In this document: one piece after another, positions 1 to 11,700 of the stretch | Position numbering within the stretch: the stretch's first letter is position 1 | How the letters are laid out: each line of letters starts with the position of its first letter | Assembly (NCBI GenBank): GCA_013239625.1 | Contig: MU054187.1 | Coordinates: forward strand, 12,689,325 to 12,741,961 | Source of the DNA: Lama guanicoe | Taxonomy: Eukaryota | Length of the DNA stretch: 52,637 nt | Direction of reading: 5' to 3' | Notes under the pieces: generated by a model | Seen by the model: the letters and a program-made list of their open reading frames with translations, nothing else | What the model was told of the DNA's origin: nothing | Database searches by the model: none | Program-made: the position numbers and the translations under genes

Positions 1-349
1 CATTTCAAAAATAAATATAGGGCAAATCCATTAATAACTACTGCAATGGTTATAGTAAAAATGATCAGGGTGTTTTGCCTTAGTATCAATTTCTTAATAT
101 CTAGGAGTGGGCATGGGCAGGGGGTGTGGTAGGATGATGTGGGCTATCATGAAAATGGGGACAGTCTCCCTTTATAGAGTCTTAGGTCTGCTCTGCTTCC
201 TCTGTCTTGGCCATTTACCATTTCTCCATCTACTTTTGGTCTTTATATTGTGGTACAGATTTCTCTTATTTGCTATGTTACTTGGCTGTGATTTTTAAAA
301 GGAGAAAGGATGGAAATACCTTTTGGCCACCATCTTGAACAACACAATC

Positions 350-510
350 CCTGGGATAGGCAGCTGGAACATTACCTCAGTAAGTAGTTATAACCACTCT
401 CTGAAGCAAGGATTACCCCTTACTATAGATGAGAAAATTGAGTAGGAATATACAGCTGATCAGAGGTGGAAGGAAAATCCAAACCCAAGTCTATTTGACT
501 CTAGGCTTGC
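350..510 (-). mobile_element. MIR SINE fragment
   Basis: 'attacccttactatagatgagaaaattgag ... cagctgatcagaggtggaaggaaaatccaaacccaagtctatttgactct' resembles the reverse-strand MIR core and head; boundaries approximate. Confidence 0.65.
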
Positions 511-551
511 TGCTTTAGGGTCATGGGACTGTATGTACATTTCTATTATAT

Positions 552-1335
552 CTGTTCGAAACTCTTCAGTGGCTTACCACTTCTCTCCAAGGATAAACCA
601 GATCATTGCAATGCACTGCAAGGCCTTACATGATCTGCCACTTCCTCCCATTACTCTTTGATCTAATATCTTACCACTCCCTCTCATCTTCCTCCACTTT
701 TACGTTGGCCTCTTTGTAATTCCTTATGCCAACCAGTCAGGCTCCCACCTTTGGGCCTTTGCACTAGCCTTTCCTGCACTGTGGAACACCCTTACCCATA
801 AATACTGCTTTGTGATGACCTCACCTCCTTTAGGTCTGTACTCAAATCTTCATCTTTATATTTGGGACTGTCCTGATAATTCTATTTATTTATATTTATT
901 TATTTAGGGGGAGGTAATTAAGTTAATCTATTTATTTACTTTTAGAGGAGGTACTGGGAATTGAACCGAGGACCTCATGCATGCTAAGCATGCGCTCTAC
1001 CTTTTAGCACCCTGTAAGAAAGGGAAACATACACACAGAGAGAAAGGGAGTTATATCCTCCCTCCTCCCCTGATAATCCTATTTAAATCGCAGCCTACCT
1101 CCCCACTCCCTCATTCCCAAACCCTCTTGCTCTGCTCTATTTTTTTCACAGCACTAATCATCATCTTCTGTACTATAGTTTACTTTTTTTAAAAAAATTA
1201 TGTTTATCATGTGTTTCTCCTGAGTAGAATGGAGGCACAGTTTTTGTCCTTTGTTGATTGTCCACTGAAAATGTCAAGCATTAGAAAATAGCATCTAGAA
1301 ACCTAGCAAACATGCAAAAAAACCATTGAATGAAT
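552..1335 (+). mobile_element. L2 LINE 3' region, interrupted by a Vic-1 SINE
   Basis: L2-like motifs 'aaactcttcagtggctt', 'aaggccttacatgatctg', 'gggcctttgcactagcctttcctgcactgtggaacacc', 'tttttcacagcactaatca', ending in 'ttgaatgaat'. Confidence 0.8.
889..1068 (-). mobile_element. Vic-1-like tRNA-derived SINE (camelid type) with TSD; A-box disrupted by an insert
   Basis: Minus strand reads GGGAGGATATAACTC..[insert]..GGTAGAGCGCATGCTTAGCATGCATGAGGTCCTCGGTTCAATTCCCAGTACCTCCTCTAAAA..TAATTACCTCCCCC plus an A-rich tail. B-box at 957-967. TSD cctgataat(t/c)ctattta at 872-888 and 1069-1085. Confidence 0.9.
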
Positions 1336-2505
1336 TATTTTTCCTACTTTTGTATCTCCCATAGTTCATTTGAAAAATACTTGGAGTGCGATAAAAGTCA
1401 TGTCACAGCTAGAATGTCTCTTCACACATTCTCCTGGGAAGACATTAAAGAATGTACAAGCTGTGGAAATAGGCTGGATTTCTTCATTTCAGATGTAAAA
1501 TGAAGATATGAGGTATATGAGCTACCAGTTAGTCAGATATTCTTTGTTACAAGTTCAAGAAAAATGATTAAGACCTGAAAGTTTGATATCTATATTATTT
1601 TAATTAGTTGAGCAGATTTTAATTGCCTGGTAGTTTTTAATGACTCAGTGTTATGCACTGCTTTTATGTACAGTGATTTCAATGGGAAGACAAAGTAGAG
1701 TTGTCTCCAGCATCAGAAACAAAACTTAAATTGAATACAATGTCACAGCATTCCAGAGTTCTACCTTTGAACGTGTGCACTAAAGAATGGGGGCTGGTTG
1801 GGGTTGTTGCTAAAAGAAGAATTTACAAAATATACTTTAGGTGATTTGGTGAGCTAGAATCTCCACCCCCCTCCCTGGCCTCCAACCATTGAATCCCTGT
1901 GAAGAGCCTACGTTACCTGTAACTGAGCTACTTTCAATAAAAAATTGCTAGATTAAACAATGGTCAGCAAAGCCAAGATGCTGCCTTCATTGAAGTAACA
2001 TTAAAGCTGCACTGTGAACTTCAGACTTCAAAAGAGCCCTTTTTCTCATAGTTCGTAATAACAAAGGTTTCCAGGCACAACCTTTTAGCACCCTGTATAG
2101 TTCTCAGCACTTCATAGCTCCTCAACTTTAATTGAAATCGCACTCTCTAATCATCCAATTTCTACACAAAGCGCATCTCAACTGAGGGCCTCCTGTGGAC
2201 CTGCGGGCATTTAGCATGCTCTTTGGTGACCGTACTTCCTCTCTGAGTGATTACAAGTAATGGGTTCAACTGTCTCAAGGAGGACTCTGCTTTTAAGCCT
2301 CCAATTGTACTGATAGTTTGCCCCCAACCTCACCCCCACCTCATAACATAATGCTTCCTAAACTGAAATGGAAAATGAGTACTTCCCTACCGAGCTTAAG
2401 ATGTGAGCCACAATTTAGTTCCTGAGGGTCAGAGTCAGATGCAAACATCTCAAGTTTCTTTAAAGGACTGGAAATAATATGAATAACTTTTCATCCATTT
2501 TTGGT

Positions 2506-2675
2506 CCACTGGTTCTCAAATTTTCTTATTAAGAGTTGCCTGAAGGGTGTATTAAGTACAGATCCCTGGGCTCCACCTGCAGAGACTGTGATTACCTCAC
2601 TGTAGAGAGGAGCTCAGGAATCTACAAGTGTAACAAGCACCCCAGAGGATTCACATGCAGGTGCTTTGAGCAACA
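2506..2675. mobile_element. MER5-family hAT-Charlie MITE
   Basis: 'cactggttctcaaa ... acagatccctgggctccacctgcagagactgtgatt ... caggaatctacaagtgtaacaagcaccccagaggattc'. Confidence 0.7.
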
Positions 2676-2877
2676 GGAGAGCTTATCACTTGGCATCACT
2701 AGTGTGGAGTTTGAGAAGGTCTGTGACCATTCCCATGTGTAATACTATGAATGTAGCTGTTGGTGAAACTTTTCCCCTCCGTACTTTTATTCTGCCTAGG
2801 GATTGCCTAAAGTTCAGTGAGAACACATGAAAACGAAGAATATTGACAGGTCAGCAGGATTCTGATAGAACAGACTA

Positions 2878-3545
2878 TCATAGTCCCCGCTTATCCATGG
2901 TTTCACTTCCCATGGTTTCAGCTACCTGTAGCCAACTGTGGTCCAAAAAGATTAAATGGAAAATTCCAGAAGTAAACAATTCAGAAGTTTCAAATTGTGC
3001 ACTGTTCTGAGTAGCCTGATGAAATCTCACACCATCCCACTCTGTCCCCCCAGGAACCCCAACTGTTGGCAGTGTCTGCTCCTGGCCTCCAAACATTGAC
3101 ATCATCCTGCTGATCCTCCTTCTGACTTAGGGTCAGGAGGTCAATAGTAGCCTAACGCTATGTCACAATGCCTACGTCATTCACCTCATTTCACCTCATC
3201 ACGTTGGCATTTTTTTCATAGCACATGATCACAAGAAGAGTGAGTACAGCACAGTAAGATATTTTGAGAGAGAGAAAGGGAAACATACACACAGAGAGAA
3301 AGGGAGAGAAGAGAGAGAGAGGAGGAAGACTGTATTCACATAACTTTTTTTACAGTATATTGTTATTATTTTTCTATTTTATTAATCATTATTGTTAATG
3401 TCTTACTGTGCCTAATTTACAAATTAAACTTTATCATAAATATGTATGTGTACGAAAAAAATGTAGTATATGTAGGGTTTGGTACTATCCACGGCTTCAG
3501 GCATTCACTTGGAACATATCCCTCATTGATAAGGGGGTACTACTG
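2878..3545 (+). mobile_element. MER44/Tigger7 non-autonomous TcMar-Tigger DNA transposon
   Basis: TIRs 'tagtccccgcttatccatgg' and 'gataagggggtactactg'; internal 'aaatggaaaattccagaagtaaacaattc', 'ggtcaatagtagcctaacgctatgtcacaatgcctacgtcattcacctca' and 'ggtactatccacggcttcaggcat'; GA-rich expansion at ~3266-3326. Confidence 0.9.
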
Positions 3546-4984
3546 TGCATTGAATTGGTGTCAGAGTGAGAAACTTATTTTTTTTTTTAAATTTTGAGAA
3601 TTTCCCCCAAAGATTAGTTTCTCTTTTGTCTCATTGTTTGCAACTTGCTCTAGCTTATAAATAAATGAGCTAGTTCCTAATCTATTTTTTTCTGTTCCCA
3701 CCATACCATGAGATCTATGTGTCACTCTTAATTTTAAGTTTTTATTATGACCAAAGTCACTGAGCTATTCCAGTGTACTGCTGGCATTTTAGACAGCAAA
3801 GATAAAAAAGTAATATAATCATGAGCCTAGAAAAAAGTGAAGTGCCAGTATTCTACCAAATAGATTAGCAATTATGCTAGCAGAAATAAAGGACAGACAT
3901 GGCTTCAGGGAGTCCTTTTGATCTGTACTTCATGGTGGAAAAAAAAACGTAATGTGTTCATACATGATTCTCAGTGACTTCTAGAAACTGCTTTTGTCAC
4001 TGAAATACAGAGCAACCACAAAGTAACAAGAATCAGACAATTTTGCTCTTGTAGTAGCTGTTTCATGTCATTTACAAATTCAGGCCATTGAAATTGTCAA
4101 AGTAGTTTAGTGACAAAGTGATCAGTTTCAAACTCCAGTGTTCCTCACTTTTTTAGGAAGTAGCACCATAACCTAACAAAAACATGTTTTTTTGAAAGTA
4201 GCCACTGCATTTATTTCCCATTATATATTTTATATAATGTATATTTCATTATAGTAGCTTATATTGGTCGTTGCTAATGAGCATTTCCCTTCTTACCAGG
4301 ACATTGTATCCTTTTCACCAATTAAAAATAATTATTTATTAAAACGAACAAAGTTCATTCTCATTCTTTTTCACTAACCCTCCTCCAAGAAGAAAGACAT
4401 TAGTTTTATTTTTAGTGTCCATTGAATTTAGCGCACAGTTTATTCACCTAAAAATTTGTGAGAACATTTCAGATTATTTTGAATTAAATTAGAAATTCTC
4501 TATAGACAATTGTTTATTGACTCTAGATAGAGAAAATTGAAATGCCTTAATTCACTAGGAAATTACAGAGACAAAAATATTTATCATTATTAAATGATTT
4601 TGAGTCCAACTCATTCTGTTGACAAAAAAAAAGGATAATATAAGTCATCTGGGTTGGGGTGGGGACTAGGCATTCGTATTTTTTAAAACCACGGACATGA
4701 TTCTGACTCACAGCTATGCAGAGACCCACCATTTAGACAAATAGGAGCCATTCGATGAATGAGGCACATTGCGCAAGATGAGGGTTCAGTTAGTGAGGGA
4801 TACATGAAAAGGCTTGTGCTACAGGGACGCAGTTCTGATTAAAAGTTGAATAGTAACTTTTCCAACTTTTAATGTTTATTTAAATCAAATTAATTTATTC
4901 AAATTTATGTAAATAGTTTATTTAAATTTAAGCTGTAAGGTATAGAGTCTTAAAAAAAAAGACTAGATTATACAAAATCCACCC

Positions 4985-5110
4985 TCCTGCTGTGAGCAGT
5001 ACACTGTATTCCCGATTTGACAGGCTAAGAAATTGAAAGTAGGTGTCTTACCCATGATTAGAGAGTAAACTGGAGTCAGGATCAGGGTTGCACTTTGTGG
5101 CCCTAGATAC
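4985..5110 (-). mobile_element. MIR SINE fragment
   Basis: 'tattcccgatttgacaggctaagaaattgaaagt ... ttacccatgattaga', a degenerate reverse MIR core. Confidence 0.5.
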
Positions 5111-5419
5111 CTTAGTTCCCTGTTGCACTGATAGATCCCTGTGCCTTCTTTCTGTCCCCTTTTTCTGTTTTTCATGGTTGGGTCTGTCATATGATTAGCC
5201 ATGCTCTTGTCTGAACCTGCCGTAGGAAGGTAAGTCCTTGGACGGTAGAGGCAGTGGTGTGGGTCCTGTGTATCTATCCCAAAGTGCCTGGCCTCCTGCC
5301 CACCCATTGCAGACTTACTGTAAGTACATGTGGAGATGGGAGCCGCCTCTTGGAGGGCTGGGAAGAGGATCAGGAGAAGCAGAGAGATGGGTGATGAGAA
5401 GAGACCCTGAAGATGTAGC

Positions 5420-5800
5420 TCTAGTTCTAGGCCTGCCGCTTATTAGCAGGTTGATTTGTGACCCTCCCGAGTCTCACTTTTCACATCAACAAAATGGGAA
5501 AACTCTGTCCCATACTCTTCTCACAAGGTCATCATGTGGGTCATGTAACATGATAAAAGACCAAACAGTTTGTGGATTAACAGCTACTTAAAAAAAAATT
5601 ATGCAAGATGACATGGTGAGGTCAGTGGAAAGAAATGGGCTTGGGATCAGAAGGTCTAGCGCTGGAACCAGCTTGAGCCCTTACTTATTTTACTTCTATA
5701 TACATTAACGTTTAATTCTCTGACCCTCTATTTCCTCATCTCTAGAATGGAAGTATTTATACCTGGCATGCCTGCTTGAATGAAATTACTCATTATGTAA
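5420..5800 (+). mobile_element. Two adjacent MIR fragments (~5420-5560 and ~5610-5800)
   Basis: 'gagtctcactttttcacatcaacaaaatgggaa' and 'ggtgaggtcagtggaaagaaatgggcttgggatcagaag ... ctctgaccctctatttcctcatctctagaatggaa'. Confidence 0.6.
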
Positions 5801-6494
5801 AAGTAGAGGTAATCAGCTTGTAACTGCACCAGGCAGAAGGGAAATAACCCTGAACAAGACAGCTTGACTCCTGTCATGGTGGAGCCTACAGTCTCTTGGA
5901 AGAGATGATGGATATAAAACTACTTTGTCAATTGTAAAGAGGTAAGAAATGTGTAGTATTATAATTATTGCTAATGTTACAACACAGAAGAAGGGCATTC
6001 TAGATAAACTTAAAAAATCGGCCGTTCATCTTGTTCTATGGTTCCAAATGTTCCAAATATAGGCAAATGCTCAGCAATTTCTGAACTGGTTTTCAGAAAC
6101 TACATGAGATCTGCTTTAAAAAGTTGAATTTATTTGGGTTTCCATATTTAATTATTAAATATATGTGTGAAAATACGTAGCAGAATGTTTCAAATGTTTA
6201 CAAAAAAGTAGATATGATGACACCAAATCAGATTCTCTAAGTGTGTAATTGAATGCTGGGTATCAGGACGGTCTAAGAGAAATTCCACTACCGTTTTCAG
6301 GCTGCTGCGATACCATAAGGAATTCCTTGTCATTTTAGTAAGTGTGGCTAATTCCATCATGTCCTGATAGGCTGTGTCGGGGGTCATAATGCTCTCCTAG
6401 TGGCACGGAGAGTATGGCTGATGTTAGTTTACCTACAATAATAAAGACTACGAGGAATAGCCCACCATATCTGCTAAGAGTTTGTTTTAAACAG

Positions 6495-6710
6495 TTTTTT
6501 AAAGTGAAATGTAATTGATTTACAAGATTATATTAGTTTCAGGTATACAACATAGTGATTCGCTATTTCTATAGCTTATACTCTATATAAAGTTATTATA
6601 AAATGTTGGCTATATTCCCTGTGCTGTACATTACATCCTTGAACTCATTTATTTTGTACCTAGTAGTTTATACCCCTTAATCCCCTTCACTGATCTTGCC
6701 CCCCACTCCT
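6495..6710 (-). mobile_element. 5'-truncated L1 3' end (L1MA/cetartiodactyl type)
   Basis: 'aattgatttacaagattatattagtttcaggtatacaacatagtgattc ... ttggctatattccctgtgctgtaca ... tagtagtttataccccttaatcccc'. Confidence 0.85.
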
Positions 6711-7902
6711 TTAAGTGATTTTCATTTAATATGATGTTTAAAATAAGGGCTAAAGTTGAGGTAGCTTTTTGGCTTTTTCAAAAATAATTCAAGTTGCGTT
6801 TATATTAGTTTTCAGTGTGTTCTGGGTGACAGCATACAAAATTAGCATTCTAATTCTGTTTATTGTATATTTGAGTAGATTTATATGAAAGGGTCTAAAA
6901 TAAAAAGTATAGTCTTTGCATTCAATGGGCAACTTCTGTTTTATATAGTCCTTCTTTTAATTGTTTCTTTTTGATATTAATATAACTGCAAAAAAAAAAC
7001 ACCCAAAAACCAACCCCATACTCGCCTTTATATGTGCAATTGGATGCATCTTCATAACCATTGAAAGTATTAGTAAATTGAAAATACTGAAACTCATGCT
7101 GTAGGAAATACAGGCATGGAAATAGAAACTAGAGGAAAGCCTTGGTAAGCTGTCTGGTTTGACTGCCGTATCACTCAGATAGATGCCTTTTCACGTGGAA
7201 ACTTCATAGCATTTGGTAAATGACGCTCCTCCCCCATGGGCAGCAGGAGGTGAACTCTCCAGTTAGGACTGTGTTAAGCCGTCAAAAGAGGAGGGTCTAG
7301 TTGGGTGGCGGTCTCCCCTTGGCACTGATTTAAGCCAGGAGGGGATGACATTTGGCATCCATGTGCTGTGCTCAGCAATGGACTTCAAAGCAAATCCTTA
7401 CAACAATTTTCAGGTTAGTGAGGACATCACACTCAAGTCCTGTCTGGTGCTTGGGAAAGTGTTGCTGTGTTTTGAGTGCAGTCTCTTTCACTCAAGCTTA
7501 CTTTTGGGCCATTAGGGGAATCGATGCTCAGAAACTCTAAAACTCCTGGTGCTGTTTTCCTGCTGGCTTTAGAAGTCGTCGGCCTGATGCTCTCGTGTGT
7601 AACATAAAGGTCTTGCAGCAAGGAAGCTTCAAAGGCAAATGCTCACAGAGAAATGAAGAGGGAAAAAAGTCTCCTGAGCCAGGGAACAATTCTTCAACAA
7701 TTCCTCCTTTAACTGTAATGGTGATACATGTTGTTTCACCAACTGGGGCAGAGTTAGAGAATGAGAGAGTAGTATTTTTCTGGCTAATAGATTCAGTATT
7801 TTTCTTTTTCAACCCAAAGCTTACTTCCTGGTCACCTTTCCACAAGCTCTCTGGTAAACTAATGGATCTAAGACCTAACTAATTCCTGCCAATGTTCCGC
7901 CA

Positions 7903-8741
7903 GGGTAATCTCTGAGCCCTGAGCCTGTCCTGCCGCTCCGAGAGGCAGGTGACCAGTGGGCCTCAGTATCCCAGATAGTAAGGACAAAGAAGTTGGCCAC
8001 ACACAGCTGCTTTTTTGTGTTAGGCCGTCGGCCCTCGGCATCCTTCTCTATCCCCAGCACCTGGAATGATGTGGAGGTTGTATTAGAAAGTTGACGCATA
8101 TTGGTTCAGTGAATGAATACAGATGTCTCCCCTGTCTAAACTGAAGATGTAGCCAAAGAGGACAAAGTTATCAACTTTACCAACAATGGATGTTTTGCAT
8201 TTCTGAGAACCGTAGTTCATGAAGCCTCTGACCTTCCCAAGAATATCTTCAGAGGTATTTCTTTGGATATAAGACTTGTAAACAGATAATAACGTTACAA
8301 ACCTTATGGCAACTCAGAGAAGAAAGCATGAGCTACGTATGGAGGAGAAGATATTTAACCATGATGTTGAAGTATGCCTGGTTTACCAGAGGAGGTGAGG
8401 AAGGGCATCCTGAAAAGAAAGGACAATACATTGCAAAGGAAACAAGGCATAACTGACATGGCCCTTGGGGGAGGGGCAGGGGCAGGGAAGGGTGGGTGGG
8501 AAATCAGGCCAGTTATGTTGGCTGGGGTCATCCTGAGAGGAACCATGCTATCAAACATGAATTTCTTTTAGGTTCTAAGAAGGAAGCAGTAGAAGAGTTG
8601 TTGGCCACATGGTGATAGAATCGGATACTGAAGGATTTCTGGATAATCTCTGAGCGCTGAGGCTGTCCTGCCACTCTGAGAGGCAGGTGAGTGGGTTTCA
8701 GTATCCCAATTAATAAGGACAAATAACCTGGCCACAGACAG
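7903..8741 (+). repeat. Dispersed direct duplication of ~100 bp (7903-8006 and 8641-8741)
   Basis: Manual alignment gives 14 mismatches plus one 3-nt gap over ~101 aligned nt (~86% identity). Confidence 0.9.
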
Positions 8742-10999
8742 GGAATTTATTAGCAGCTTATTTGCCATCATAGAGAGTGTGTGACATAAAGGACACACGG
8801 TCATTGTTTTAATAATGTGTGAGGCGTTGTTTGGTTTGGGGCATGAAGATGACTAAAATGGAAAGACAAATGATTGTAAATGAAGACAGAGGTGCTGCCA
8901 TTGTAGTGTAGTTGGGAGAGGTACTGGGAAGCAGTTCCTTACCAGATGCTGGTAGAAATCAGTGCAATTGTAACGGGAGAATCTCATTTTCGTATTGTCC
9001 CTTTCCTTAATAGGGAGTAGGTGGCTAGTTCTAAAGTTGCCACAGAAGATGTCCCAGCTTGAATGCACAAGCAGTTGTGAAACTTGATCCAAGTAAGTTG
9101 GCAAGGAAATGGAGGCTGCATTTAGCAAAATCCAGGCAGACCCTAGGACTCTGGCTGGGGCAGGCGGGTGGTAAATGCTCACTGAGTGTGGGAAGAATTG
9201 TGTCTGTTGTGGGAAAATCTCTGAGCTGGAATTACTGAGGTCTGGATTCTTAATCCTGTGGTGTTGGAAAATTCATTGAATTTTTCTGGGCCTTGGTCTC
9301 CTCATCTGTGAAACAAAAGAACTGAACGAGATGCTTTCTAAAGTGAATGTTATAGTTTATGATTTCATGAACTGCAGGGAAAATTCTTACCTACATCTGG
9401 CATTGGAAAATATGGGGAGTTTTCAAATAAACAAGTGGGGATACTTGGCTTTCAACTGAGCATAAACATCAAGGCATATTCTGTACATTTTATTAGAGAA
9501 AAAGAATCAAGATGAGAAGGAAGAGATTCTCCCTCAGTGCATCTAGGAGCTGTGTCAGCCCCCAGCAGGGTCTGAGGTCAGAAGGCCAGTCCTGTCCAGT
9601 CCTGTCCTCATGTCCAGGAGGGTATTTTCTCCATGCAAATGCCAAGATGGCACTCTTGCTAACCTGTGGGTGAAAAGCTATCTGTTTTGGATCTTTACAT
9701 TTAAGTTTTTATTCAGACACATTCCACAAGGGGAAGGTTGCTCATAAGAAGGGACTTTGCTGAGAATCTAGTGAGTTTGGGATGACACATCTTGGGGGTT
9801 ATTAGTTGCATGATTTGACCTGAAATGAGCAGTCCAATTTAGTCAGATAAAAGCATGGAATGTTTATGTTCTCTTTGATATGAGAGTTTTCAGGACTCTT
9901 TAGCCCAAATAATTTACATAAAGGCAAGAAATAGTGAGTGAAGAGTTAAATGACTGAGGATAGTTACTGCAAACTGGAGAGATTGGAGACTGACATATAT
10001 GAGGGATGCCCAGAACCTGAGCCCTTAGCGGGAAAGTGAGGGTGGGGGAAGAGAACTGTGGTACTGGGTATTGGGCTGGTGGTTGGAGATGTCAATGAGA
10101 AAATCCCACCCAAAAAAGTGAATTTCTTTCTTGGATATGCCTCCAATCAGAGTACATATGTGATGTGAGAAGTAAAAGAAACAACCAATCAGGGAAATCA
10201 GACTAAGTCAATCAGGTTATTTTCCAGGAACTCAAACCAATCCATTCGGCATCTAGCTCTGTCATAAGAAAGTGTTTGATCTACTTCCCTGTATCTTGAA
10301 GGTTTTTGGACTGGAAAACGGACTTAGGATTAAAAAAAAAAATGGAAGAGGCCATTGTTGTGGGCCCTAAACGCTACAGAGTACATTTGCTTCCATGTGG
10401 GTTAACTCATCTTTGGTCTTTTTAATAAAGCAGTGGAGTTTGGGAGACTTAGATGCTAAGCAGGGTCTCCTGGGACCCCGATTAAATGAATAGTGAGTCA
10501 TACTGGTGATAATAGATCGGAGACAAGTGGATGTAGGATTCCAAAAACTTGGTTGTGGAGCCTGTAATAATGGCTCTGTTCATGGACTGTTATTAGATGT
10601 TTTGATGTCTTCAGGTTCCCTGTTAATACCAGACAGGCTTTATCCTGAGAGTCCTGCCTGAATGGAACCTCCTTCTCACCTTGGCATCCAATTTATAGCA
10701 ACCAGTTCTTTCCAAATGTCTGTGACGATCTATACCGTAGCTGTTGGGTCATATAACTCCCATAATGTGGAACTGGAGGAGACGTGTGGAAGAGGCTGTA
10801 CTGTTCACATGGCCCAAGAATAATGTCCACTCGGGAAAATGGGAAGAAATGCAACTTATGGGTTTACTTACTTGCTTCAAGTAACTTTTAGGTGATTCAG
10901 CATCGAGAGGGTTATGATCTGTAGTATGAGGAGCTTGCTGGGCTGCTGTGAATCCTTAACCATCTCTTTTGGGGAACTCTATCTGTGGGTCATTCAAAA

Positions 11000-11700
11000 A
11001 CTCAGAATGAAAAGAATTAAAAAATGGAAACTCCTAAACAATAACAAGCAAAGTAAATGAAAAACTTAGTCAGAATTGTAACAAAGTCTTTATTTTAAAA
11101 GCTAGAATAAACATAAATAGTATAAGAAAACTAATAGAGGAGTAAAAATATGTCAGGTTAAGGAAAGCCAGAATACAGTGTTGACAGCAAAACAAAGAGG
11201 TGAGAAAACTAAACCAGAGAATTGGGAAAATAACAAACCAAAGTCTACACTGTTAAAAAGGATTAAAGTAGCCAACCTAATAGGAAATTCAGAATATTCT
11301 GCCAGGAGAATAGTTTGGAATCGTATACAACTACATGTGGTATGTGATTATCTTTGGGTGAATGGGAGTATGATTTAAAAAAAATTCATTTTGCTTGTTT
11401 GTAATATGTGATTTCTCTGAAATTATCCTGCATTGTATATGCAATTAAAATTATAAGGAAAACCGCTGATGAAAGACATGAAATTAAAATAAGCAGACAA
11501 AATTTAGAAACAAAAAAGCATTAAATTAGACTAAATGGCAAAAGCAGGAAGACAAAGAAAGCAGGGAATAATGAATATTCCATGAAACTGTAGAAACCAG
11601 AAATTAAAAGATTAAGAGAATAAAAAATGTACTACAAGAATGTTAATATTTATAAAATTTGAAAGACTATGGGATTTTTGAAAAGGAGAAAATGAAAAAG
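11000..11700 (+). mobile_element. A-rich ancient L1M/L1ME-like remnant(s)
   Basis: Strong A bias; 'gattatctttgggtgaatgggagtatgatttaaaaaaaattcattttgcttg' resembles old L1 3' ends; family uncertain. Confidence 0.45.

Noticed and set aside
6390..6405. CTCF-like motif (ccactaggagagc on the minus strand)
   Set aside because: Several mismatches in the core GGGGGC positions.
6190..6434. Minus-strand ORF MTPDTAYQ... and possible minus-strand terminal exon
   Set aside because: Peptides not recognised and splice signals weaker than the plus-strand candidate; cannot be supported.
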